NCBI GenBank assembly: GCA_002269645.1
Contig: NIVC01000926.1
Coordinates: 186,001 to 250,000, forward strand
DNA: 64,000 nucleotides
Reading direction: 5' to 3'
Origin: Macrostomum lignano
Taxonomy: Eukaryota
Shown here: in pieces, positions 11,942 to 22,743 of the stretch
Position numbering within the stretch: the stretch's first letter is position 1
Layout: the number at the start of each line of letters is the position of its first letter
Notes under the pieces: generated by a model
Seen by the model: only the letters and a program-made list of their open reading frames with translations
The model's database searches: none
What the model was told of the DNA's origin: nothing
Position numbers and translations under genes: made by a program

Positions 11942-13404
11942 CGAGACAAAATGGAGTCAAATAGCAGTCGAAGGCTGGTCGCCGGATTGAATAATTGTCA
12001 GTCAATCAAGAGCAAAATTTGTTGCCGGATAAAATCAAGTGGCGAGCCAGACAATTAACAATTAATAAAAATCAGAGCCAGAGCGCGGCTTTTAATACTT
12101 GGGCTGCCATCACGCAGATGGAAAAAAGGGCTCCCAAACCAGGAACAGGCCTCCACCCCGCATGCACTCTATGGCGGGCAAGCATGGAGATGGGGTGGGT
12201 GGTTAAAAAATGAATTACAACCTCCGAGTTTTCTGACAAATTGTCCCTTTGTTGCCGGTGGAAATCGGCCTGTTGGCGGTTGGTGAGATGATGCACCAAA
12301 AATTTCGGCACGTTGATCAACAGCTTCTGCATGCCCTCTTGCAGCGTACTGCTGTTTTTGTTGGGCTGCATGCGTCCAGTGTCACGGTCGTCTTCCCACG
12401 ACAGGTAGTTGATCTGCACTGCAGCTTGCTCACGAGTTGGCGCCGGAATGCAATGAGCGAGACCTGACGAGCAGTTCTCGCACTGTGCCAGTTTGCAGGC
12501 CTCGCTGATGGGGCTGCACAGCACCAACTTGTCGACCCAGGAGCGAGAATATTCGTCAATGCCTGGCATCTGCTTAGCGATGGTGTTGCATAAACTGGAA
12601 TAAGAACGTGGTTTATAAAAAAGCATTTTGTGGGTTAAGAAAAATTCTTAAATTTTGGTCATATAATTAATTACAAAAAAGTGAATCCTACTTCTGAAAG
12701 TTGCTGTGATAAGTGCAGCAGCAAGCCTCCATCGGAGTCTTCTCCAATGTGATGACGTTAGGTGGCCGCAAATGACAGAACTTAGAGAGGGAAATTTTAC
12801 GTTCTGGTGCTTCGTCCAGAAAGAGGCGATGGCACTCTTTCAAATTCATAGCAAAAATCGCTTTTGCAGCTGCTGCCCGTTGACCTTAATGAATTCCTTG
12901 ACACCCGGTGACCAGCGGGAGATGTCCTCCCGATTATAAAATTGGAGGATGGCGTCCTGGGTTCCAGGGTCCAGCTTCTGCCGTGTAGCTGGAGCTGAAT
13001 CCGCAATAACCAGACCGCAGTCGGCAGCTAGCTGGCGCACAACGGCTAGGCGCCTATCGGGAGTGTTCGGCAGAGCGGCATTGCACCTGCAATGAATTTA
13101 AAATATGATTTTCTAATGATTTTCACTATTCTTTAAACAACTTTGAACCATAATAATTGCCATTAACGACTTACTTATTCACTGCCCGAGTGTGCGTGCG
13201 TTTGCTGCTATACGGTTCGCCTTCAGCAGCCTGTACATCAGGTATAGCAGGAGCCTGTTCAGCAGCAGCGGCCGCTGCTGTCTTCAGAGGCTGGCGCATC
13301 TTTTTCATCCGCTCCCTTGCTTGTGCACGCCATGTAGAAAAATAACTGAAGAAATAACACTGGCCAGTGAATTCGTAGACAATAACAACTTGAAAAAAAC
13401 CAAA

Positions 13405-15119
13405 AAAACTTAAGATGAAAAGGCTCCTCCAGCAGTATAACGTACTTGCGGCAGCGAAACGAGTAGTCATAGCTCTCAGCCAACTCAGATTCCATCTTAT
13501 CTTCAGAGAGATCTTCCTGAATCACCTCATCTGCACCTTTTAACGCAAATGGAAACTGCCTCTGCCACTTCTGTCTGAGCCATCATGAACTCAGTCCTGA
13601 TGTGTCGGCTCATTGAAGAGCGTGACTCCAACTCATAGTGCAGTTTCTGCTGTGAAGTTATGATCTCCCACCTATAGTCCGAAGAATCCTGTCTGTGGCT
13701 GAGTGTGGCACTAACTTTGTTGATGTGTTCAGAGAGAGTGGACAGTTTTCCTCTAATGTCTCTCTCGGATAGATCAGCCTGCTCAACTATTTTTTTCAAA
13801 CTGGTATTCGGTTGGTTTGAAACCACCCGCATCAGTTTCCCTGTTTTGGCTCTCAGATCAGCAATTCATGTCTCAACTCTCATGAAAGCATCATCCACAT
13901 CAACAGCATTTGCTTCATATTTTGAATGGAAGTTTTTGAAAGACTGTGACCTTGTGGTCGACCTTCTGCTTCTATGGACTTTGGCACCGTTGCCCAGAAC
14001 CATACAATTCCTGACTTCACACTCGTGGATTTGCTCAACGCCCTGGAAAAGTGGGCTGTCCACTAAATCAGCTAACATGTCACTGTCTGTGGGAGAAACC
14101 ATCCTTGGGCCGCAATCGGTGAAATGTCCCACCACCCAAAAACCGGGACAGTTGGGCTCCACTGCCATCTGTGAATCAAGCAGGTCCCACCATGTCCCCT
14201 TCAGCCGGGAAGGTGTGATACAAATGAGGCCTGGGTTATCTTCAGTCACTACAGAATCAGATTTTTCGGACACAACATCCATGTGGGTTCTGCTCAGCTT
14301 GAATCTGTCAACCAGAGAGATATTAAGGCAGCATTGAGCATGTGTCTCACCATCCACTGATGTTATAAGGCCCTGGCAAAGGTAGGTCCGATTGGACAAA
14401 ACCCAAGCGCCTGACTTCATTATCATAATTTGAGATTCAACAGGTCTTACCATATTAATGCCCAAATTGCCAACTGACTTACAGGAGTGGTCACTTTTGA
14501 GAGAAACGGAAGCCAGCTGTTGGCATCCATCCGCATGGAAACTATTGTTCACACGATAAGCAATAGGAGCGCTAGGAGGGATCATCTGCAAGACAACTCC
14601 GTACTCTCGACCTCCTGGAAGCACTACATCTTCTTTGACGGGCACAACAAGCTGAGTATCAGTAGAAGTGATTCCTGTCGAGGCCATAAGGCAAACAACT
14701 GTCACTTAAGACAAACCACAAAGATGAGTTCTCATTCCGTGTTGATAATGAGGCACATCCTTCCCTGGGCTGAGGATCAGGTGGCCGGCACAGGCAGAAT
14801 GATCAGTCCCACACTCACAATGAGTTGCAGACCCGGCAGATGCTATTCCTCTAAAAACAATCAGTTTTCTCAGGGCTTTGGACTTCCGTATCTGGTTCTT
14901 TTTCTTTTTGTCCTTGCAGTTGACACAGGGAATGATGGTTGCAGCAAGAGTGCCAAGGAAGGTGACAGCCCCAATAGCATAATCTTTGAATGTGCTAGAA
15001 AACATAGCAACTTTAGCCACATTCCTAACCTCTTTGGCACCAGTAGGGAAAGAACAAGCCTCAAAGATGCCGACAAGCAGTATCATTGCTGTAAGCCACC
15101 AAGTTGAGTAGCGGAACAT
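13405..15119 (-). pseudogene. Intronless Cys-rich membrane/glycoprotein-like ORF, possibly virus-derived (~570 codons, 2 stops, probable late frameshift)
   Basis: ORFs 14706..15119, 13866..14705 and 13527..13832 are one frame. Signal-peptide-like N-term, hydrophobic segment + KDKKKK, N-X-S/T sites (NNS, NRT, NIS, NTS), RSRR, coiled-coil-like C-term. Confidence 0.55.
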
Positions 15120-15194
15120 GATAGTTGTGTCCTGATTTGTTGGGATTTAAAGCTTGGAAGCACCCGATGAATACAGAACTCGGAAGTTTGTTAA

Positions 15195-17064
15195 TGTAGA
15201 TCGCGACTTTCCTAGTCATTTCTTAGTTCACCTTCACTTGTCTCTGTTTACTCTGTTTTCTCTCTCTCTGTCTAGCTCAATCTTGTTATTCTTATCTCTC
15301 TCTCTCCCTTGCTGCCTTCTGATTGGTTCTCCATTCTCGCCTCTCTCTTCAGTCGCGCACTTCACCCCTCTCCTTATTATCTGGAGTCAACCCCCCTCTA
15401 AATTAGTCATATAAATATACTTGTTTGGGCCCTGCGCCCACTTACTGGCTTATCTTAGTATTCAATTTAACATCTAATTTAGTTCTAGTGTTTTTAGTCT
15501 TATTTTCTCTACATGGCGCCCAATGAAAAATAATTCAGTCAATACAGTAAGGCTGGCAAAGGCCATGCCATCGTCGTAGTCGTAGCCCTACACCAGTCAT
15601 CTCGTCATCCCGTCATCGACTCCTAATCGTCTCGTCTCTGCTTGCCGGCCTCTCAATCGTCTCGTTGCCGGCCTCTCAATCGTCTCGTCTCTGCTTGCCG
15701 GCTTCTCAATCGTCTCGTCTACCGGCCTCTCAATCGTCTCCTCTCTGGTTGCCGGCCTCAATCGTCTCGTCTCTGCTTGCCGGCTTCTCAATCGTCTCGT
15801 CTACCGGCCTCTCAATCGTCTCCTCTCTGGTTGCCGGCCTCTCAATCATCTCATCTCTGGTTGCCGGCCTCAATCGTCTCGTCTCTGGTTGCCGGCCTCT
15901 CAATCATCTCGTCTCTGCTTGTCGGCCTCTCAATCGTCTCGTCTCTGGTTGCCGGCCTCTCAATCGTCTCGTTTCTGCTTGCCGGCCTCTCAATCGTCTC
16001 GTTGCCGGCCTCTCAATCGTCTCGTTGCCGGCCTCTCAATCGTCTCGTTGCCGGCCTCTCAATCGTCTCGTCTCTGGTTGCCGGCCTCAATCGTCTCGTC
16101 TCTGGTTGCCGGCCTCTCAATCGTCTCGTCTCTGGTTGCCGGCCTCTCAATCGTCTCGTCTGCCGGCCTCTCAATCGTCTCATCTCTGGTTGCCGGTCTC
16201 GTCTTCGGAGTCGGTGCCGGCAGCATATTCACATTTCAACTCGGGCTGTCGGTCTCGTCTTCGGAGTCGGTGCCGGCAGCATATTCGCATTTCAACTCGG
16301 GCTGTCGGTCTCGTCTTCGGAGTCGGTGCCGGCGGCATATTCACAATTCAACTCGGGCCGTCGTCACGTCTTCGGAGTCGGTGTCGGCAGTCAATCTCAC
16401 CGGTCTTTGTCAAACTTTCTTCACTCGGTCCCCCCCTCTCTTGTCAGTGTCTCCAGTTGTCTCTAGTCGTCTCCAGTTGTTCTTTTCATCAACTTGATTC
16501 TCATCTCATCTCATCTCTCTCATCTCAGCTCTCTTACTCAACTGACAATGTTAATGTTTTCTCTAAACTGTACTAGCCATTTACAATTAAAAATTGCTAA
16601 TTTTTAAGGGGGAGGGTGGATATATTTAGTCTTTTCAGTCTTCTCATTGGTTCAAAAACTACTCATTAAAAATCTAAAGTTTAAAATTCGCTCTTAATAT
16701 TTTGCATTCACTCTACTGTTTTTGTATTCAAATTCTTAGTCATATTATGTATTTTTCAAATCGTTTTATACACCATTTATTGTGAATGTGTTTTTCAATT
16801 TAATTCGACCTAATTCTAACCTAGCTCAATCTTGTTATTCTTATCTCTCTCTCTCTCCCTTGCTGCCTTCTGATTGGTTCTCCATTCTCGCCTCTCTCTT
16901 CAGTCGCGCACTTCACCCCTCTCCTTATTATCTGGAGTCAACCCCCCTCTAAATTAGTCATATAAATATACTTGTTTGGGCCCTGCGCCCACTTACTGGC
17001 TTATCTTAGTATTCAATTTAACATCTAATTTAGTTATAGTGTTTTTAGTCTTATTTTCTCTACA
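15195..17064 (+). mobile_element. Non-coding (non-autonomous) LTR element with Lys-type PBS
   Basis: LTR1 TGTAGA(15195)...TCTACA(15513), TGGCGCCCAA at 15514, PPT AAGGGGGAGGG near 16606-16616, LTR2 ends TCTACA at 17064; 15271-15513 and 16821-17064 are near-identical. Confidence 0.8.
15600..16400. repeat. Variable-length minisatellite (CTCAATCGTCTCG..GCCGGCCT) followed by ~57-bp repeats
   Basis: Directly visible; unit length varies and there are no unique spacers. Confidence 0.9.
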
Positions 17065-17908
17065 CTGCTTGGCAATATCTGCGCTGTCTGCGAACTGACG
17101 CCGCACTCGACTGCGCTCTCGCTCGGAGGCTCGAAGGACGTCGCCAGCTCGACGACGACAATTCCGAGAATTTTCCGCGGCTGTTTTAACCATAATTGTT
17201 TAATTTAAGAGCTTGCAAGAGGTTTACTAGCTGAAGAATGTAACTTATATGACTATAGAAGGAATATTTTGCATCAAATGTTGAATCGAAAAGGGGATTG
17301 AGCTGTGAGAATAATTATATTGACATTATATCACAGAATAATAGCATACTAACGTCTATGTTACGACCAGAAGGAGGATGTTACGACCACAACATTCTGG
17401 TCGTAACAAGCAGTTTTTAGCCTCAATGGGAAAATGTGGCAGTCTAAAAATTTCTGACAATACTGACACCATAAGGAATGAGTTTTTAAGTGTACCCTGC
17501 ACCCTATAATAACTTCCACTTCAATGAGTAGATTTGAATGCATTCTAAACATTCTGGTCGTAACATTCATACAGCTGACTAACTTTTATACAAAATACAT
17601 GTTTCTATTCAAACTGAAAAAAGATTCTAATATTGTAATGGGTAAAAGAGCATATGACTACATGATCTGATTATTCCACTGATCACTCCACCAATAGTTA
17701 TTGTTCCATTAAATAGTAAAGATGTGGAACAGTTTCTAAATTACACGTGTAAGAATTTAATCATAGTTTGAAAGCAATACCTCTTAAAACTAATTATTAA
17801 AATCAAAACTTATTGGCTAAATATGTATAGTTTAAATAAAAGTCATTAAAAACACTAAAATAGGAAGAAAAAAATTCAATTCTTTGTCCAAGTTATATGG
17901 AATGACCT

Positions 17909-18052
17909 ATCTCCCTATTCAGATTCTTAGTTCTAGGTCTCCCCGACCTTTAGTCTTCCTATTCAGATTCCTAGTTCTGGGTCTCCACGACCTTCAGTCT
18001 TCCTATTCAGATTCCTAGTTCTGGGTCTCCACGACCTCCAGTCTTCCTATTT
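17909..18052. repeat. 44-bp tandem repeat x3; related sequence also left of the Sola-like element (10260-10339)
   Basis: TCTTCCTATTCAGATTCCTAGTTCTGGGTCTCCACGACCTTCAG units. Confidence 0.85.
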
Positions 18053-18876
18053 AGTAAAGAAATAGCGAACAAGTCTTAGCGAAAGTTTTAGAGTTGAACT
18101 TAGAGAACTTTAGAGTTATTAAGCAAGAGAACTGGCAAACGAGCGCACAAGTTGTTTATTTTTCGGCCCAAACTTCTTTCTTTTATAGTCATTTACAGAG
18201 GAGGGGGTGAACATAATGCATTTAAATAAATTGTTACAGGAATTAAAACAAAAAATAAGTTGAACAATATTAAAACAAAAAAGTGGAGAAATTCGTTGAT
18301 TGGTTGGGATACAATGTGCTAGATTAATTACTATGAGTAGGATGGTTACACTATTACACCCTGCCTCACTATATTAATATAAATATAAAAATGCTCACTT
18401 TTAGTTTTATTATTTAGTTCAGTAGATAGTATCTGGCGAAATCCAAAAATCGGGGGCAAGTTTTTTGAAAATTCGTTTTTGGTGATTTGAAAGCAAAAAA
18501 GCTATAAAATGAATTTATTTAAGTTTTAAAAAGTTAAAAAACATCTTTAAAAGCACAAATTATTCACATATAGCCTTATTTTTTATAAAATGATTTGGTA
18601 AAATGGTAAATTTAATTAGGACCTAAAATGACTATAATAAAAATGATAGAAAACTATAATAATGTATTTATTAACTTAAAGTATCTTATAATATTACATT
18701 CTATGATGCTACAACATATTTAATATTCTTCTTAAGGGTTTATTTGTTTATCACTCGTTACTATTGACAATGTGTTGACAATGTGTAGAGTTCGTTTGTA
18801 TTGACAATGTACGATATTGACAATGTGTAGAGTTCGTTTGCAATAAATACTGTATTCAACCGTAAGTTTGTTAAAA

Positions 18877-19390
18877 GCATACAGATTCCCATAAGGATTG
18901 AAAATTGCAATTTACTCAGCTTCTACTGAAGCAATTTGGAAAGTTCTTTATTTCCTGCATACACTCCGTGATGATACATATTTAAGCGTAATTTCATTGT
19001 TCTTTGTCGCTTAATAAGCATACAGTAAGCATCTGATTTGGAATCCGGGAATTCCCATAAGGATCGGAAAATTGCATTTTACTTATCTTTTACTGAAGTA
19101 ATTTGGAAAATTATTTTTTTCCTGCGTACACGCCGCGATAATACATATTCAAGTGTAATTTAATTGTTTTTCGTCGCTGAATAAGCATACAGTAAGCATC
19201 TGATTTGGAAGCCTGGTAACACATTGGAATTCCCAAAAGAATCAGAAAACTGCATTTTACTCAGCTTCTACTAAAGCAATTTGGAAAGTTCATTTTTCCT
19301 GCATACACGCCGCGATGATTCATATTTAAGTGTAATTTCATTGTTCTTTGTTGCCTCATTAGCCTACAGGAAGCATTTGATTTGGATGCC
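18877..19390. repeat. ~165-180-bp tandem repeat x3
   Basis: TTCCCA(T/A)AAG..GAAAA(T/C)TGCA..TTTACT recurs at about 18887, 19052 and 19231. Confidence 0.85.
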
Positions 19391-20119
19391 CAGTTCACAT
19401 TTTGTGGTACCATTTTTACTTGAGATTCTCAAGTCCAAAGACCCCAAGCCATCTACCATAGACTATTTCTTGCTTTCTACTTTGTAGTTTTGGCCATAGA
19501 CAACTCATTTATCTATCCGACTGAGAAAAAGGTACATTGAGAAGACAGGTGGAGCACTAATTTTGCTCCAATTTTGTCCGTGCGTTCAAAAGTCTTCAGT
19601 TGCATGCAATTTCCTGAGTTTTAGTTGATAATCTGATGTAGGCCACTTTGGAACTAATAGCAGAAGGTGAGACAAATCGTAAATGAATTGCTCCAATTTT
19701 TTATTTTATTTTATTACTAATACAAGGTAAATCGAAATAAGGTCTTTAAAAATATTGACAAACCAGTCACACACAAGCATAGAAAACAAACATCTATAGC
19801 TATATCCATTGCTTGTCAGTAAGTTAAAAAAATGACTACAAAATATACCGGTGTTATTTTATTACATTTTCAAGTTTACACTACATGACTACAGTATCAT
19901 ATTCAGTTCCTAACTGGAAAAGTTACGCAAAATTTACGTTAAAATTACATTAAATATCAACAAAACTTTGTTCCTAAAAAGCCGAGACCCTGGACAATTT
20001 TAGCATCAATTATAATCGTTGATTGGCTTGTGATTTGGGGTTGGTTTTCGCTATTCTGTATCAGCTGATTGTTAGGTCATTCATACTCTGTCTAGGGTTG
20101 TCCCCCATTCATATTTAAC

Positions 20120-22520
20120 TCACTCAACAACAACAACAACTGAGTACGCTGTCAGTTCGCAAAAGCAGCGTCAGATGGCGCGCTTCGAAGCTTGGGCGCA
20201 AACAAAGGCCGCACCGCCGGCAGAGTCCGGGGCGCCGGCGTCAGCCAGCAGACAGTCGACGTAGCGCCGGGTCCTCGCCTGTCCCCGCCGGTAGGGTGCC
20301 TGCAACGTAAGTAGCAGCACTTCCTGCACCGGCTCCGGACAGTAGGCCTCGGCGCGGATGACGTGGCCTGCCAGCTGGAGTCGCCGACGGCGCAGCAGAT
20401 CGCTAGGACGGGCCAGGCCGGCGCGATGATAGAGCGCCGTGTTGGTGACTCGCTCGTTGCCGATCTTGAAGGCGGCGCGCAGCAGGCCAGCGTGCGCCGC
20501 GTCGACTTGAGCCTCGAGCGAGTCTGTCAGCGTCCAGGTCTCGGCGTTGTATAACAGGACGGTCTCGATCACCGCCTGGAACAGCGCCGCCCTCGGGCGG
20601 TCCGGTAGGGCCTCGGACTGCAGGACTGACCTTATAGAACGAAAGGCAGCCCAGGCAAGTCCTCTGCGACGCCGCAGATCCTCGCGGACGTCGGGAACCA
20701 GACCGCCGAGGTAGACGAAATGCTGACATCTTGGAAGCTCACTCGCCTGTCCGTCAGCGCCTCGGCAGAAGATTGCAGCCTCGGTGTCGTCCGGCACGCA
20801 TAGCACGACGGTCTTCTGCGTGTTGACCACCAGGCCGACGCTCACCGCAACGGCAACCAGCCTATCCAGCTGTCGTTGGGCGCCCTCGACGGTCGAGGAC
20901 AGCAGGGTGAGGTCATCGGCGTAGCCAAGCACGCTGAGCCGTCTCTCCGGTTGGCGTCCACCCACGCGTCGCCGCAGTAGGAAGCCGTCGTCGTTGGAAG
21001 GCAGAGCAGTCCGTAGCACCCAGTCAAGCACCAGAATAAATAGGAACGGCGCTAGCGTATCTCCCTGGAGCACCCCGGAGGATGTCTCGAAGAAATCCGA
21101 TAGGCCGTCCGGTGTTGAGACAGCAGCCGTCGTGCCGTCGTACAGCGCCATGACAGCAGAAATCAGCAGCTCTGGCACGTTGTACGCACGGAGCACCTCT
21201 GGGAGCGTGTCCCTCACGACCGAGTCGAAGGCCTTCCTGAAATCGACGAAGATCAGGATCAGGGTCAACTGGCGGATGCGCGCCTCCTCGATGACTCGTC
21301 AAAGAGCCAGGATCTGCGTCACTATGCCGCGATGGGGCCGGAATCCGTTCTGCTCAGGCCGCAGGTACGGGTCCAGCACAGGCTGTAACCGCGATAGCAG
21401 CATGCGGTTAAACAGCTTCGCGGCGCAGGACTGTAGGCAGATGCCTCGATGCTCCTAGTATAAGTTTCCTAGTTGGCCGCAAACTAAGAACCTTACATAT
21501 GATTAATAGTAACTCAAACGAGGTAGAATATGCTTGGATGTTATTTACCGATCAACCATATAATTATATTTACTACTGCATTTTCAACGTTTGTATTAAT
21601 AAGTAGATAAGCAAATAAGCGAGCTACAAGCAGGGAGAATAAGTCTGAGACACTACGGTATAACTAAGCTACTCAAATACTCCTATTAATCTATTATACG
21701 AGTATATATATATATATATATAAATTACGCCTATCTACCTGGTCTGAGACCGATACGCTACTATTTATAAATCTATAGTCATGGCAGTGCTCAGTCTTAC
21801 CCTCCGGTCACAGGTGTCTGCAGAAGCGGTCGTCGTGATTTACAAACTATTAAGCAATCCAAAAGTTCATACAAGGCGTGTAAAAAGAGAGTGAAAAGAG
21901 AGTGAGAAAAGTAAAGTTTTAGACATTTAACCCCTCGCTTATTTAAAGTAAATTTCCCCGATGAAGTCCCTGTGAAACTGTCTGCGTTATCATTTCCCAC
22001 GTCTTCCAGCCACCGCGCAATTCCAGCCGATTCTCACGGTTCCCCTTTCTCGTGCGATTTCTGAAATGTCTGTTAAAATTTAATTGAACCCCGCCCCACA
22101 TAAAGGCATACAACCCCTCTAAAGTGGAAGCAGACTTTTAGGGCGGCCTGCACTCGCCCTTTGCAATGCCGTCATCAAGCACTTGTGGCTTTTTGTAAGA
22201 GTGCAGCTGTCCACAACTACTACACTCCACATATTCCTAATAGTTCCTACGATAGTCCCTAAATATCGGTTGATTACCATCCTTATACCTAGAGCTTGGT
22301 GGTGCCCGGCTTCTTTGGAATGGCGATGTGCGCCGTGGTACATTCGTTTGGCGCCACCTCACCGGAAAGCACGCGGTTCATCACTCTGGCGACCTCAGTG
22401 GCCACGCAGTGGATCCGCAGCGCCTCGGTGGGCACCTCGTCCGGACCAAGCGCTTTGCCGCCCGGCGACTGCCGAGCGAACTTCACAACGTCGGCTGTGC
22501 TTACTGGGGCAACGTTGAAG
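20120..22520 (-). mobile_element. 5'-truncated RTE-like non-LTR retrotransposon (RT pseudogene) split by an 829-bp insertion
   Basis: KALGPDE..IPKKPG (22289-22537), HRGICL..QNGFR, FVDFRKAFDSV, GVLQGDTLAPFLF, LGYADD, YLG; (GTT)n tail near 20125-20140. Confidence 0.93.
21459..22287. mobile_element. 829-bp insertion with TATAAG...CTTATA termini and 5-bp TSD CCTAG (solo LTR with non-canonical ends, or MITE)
   Basis: CCTAG at 21454-21458 and 22288-22292; removing it rejoins the RTE frame. Confidence 0.75.
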
Positions 22521-22743
22521 CTCTCCTCCGCCGGCAACGGCGTCTCCGGCGGCAGCCTCAGATTTTCTATAATTGGCTGGCCGTTGAACTACGAGATGTG
22601 ACCAAAAATGTAACGTGAATGTCTCCTTGAAGCTTAGCTATTATTTTTCATCATAGAGGTCATACTGCGCAGTGCTAAATTTTAAATTTGTTAACTTTTG
22701 GTCACACCTCGTATGCTTTGATCTAGTAACTTTCGTATCAAAT

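Larger units (their letters stand above)
10940..17193 (-). pseudogene. Split, spliced transposase of the 10340-17908 element
   Basis: N-term MVKTAAENS..DIAKQ (17193-17065) joins WRAQARERMKK (13332 down). Then FYNREDISRWSPGVKEF..QKRF, SKFCHLRPPNV..CCCTYHSNF, CENC..INYLSW..EVVIHF (cut near 12205); C-term WPKKKDEIYY..DII near 11040. Confidence 0.75.
10340..17908 (-). mobile_element. 7.57-kb TIR DNA transposon, tentatively Sola2-like, TSD ATCT, with nested insertions
   Basis: 15-bp perfect IR GGTCATTCCATATAA (10341-10355 / 17893-17907), ATCT at 10336-10339 and 17909-17912, GTCGTAACA subterminal repeats at both ends. Superfamily name rests on 4-bp TSD, GGG start and transposase motifs. Confidence 0.75.

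Noticed and set aside
15600-16400. CRISPR-like appearance of this and the 35160 and 46157 arrays
   Set aside because: Head-to-tail units with no unique spacers, no cas genes, eukaryotic context.
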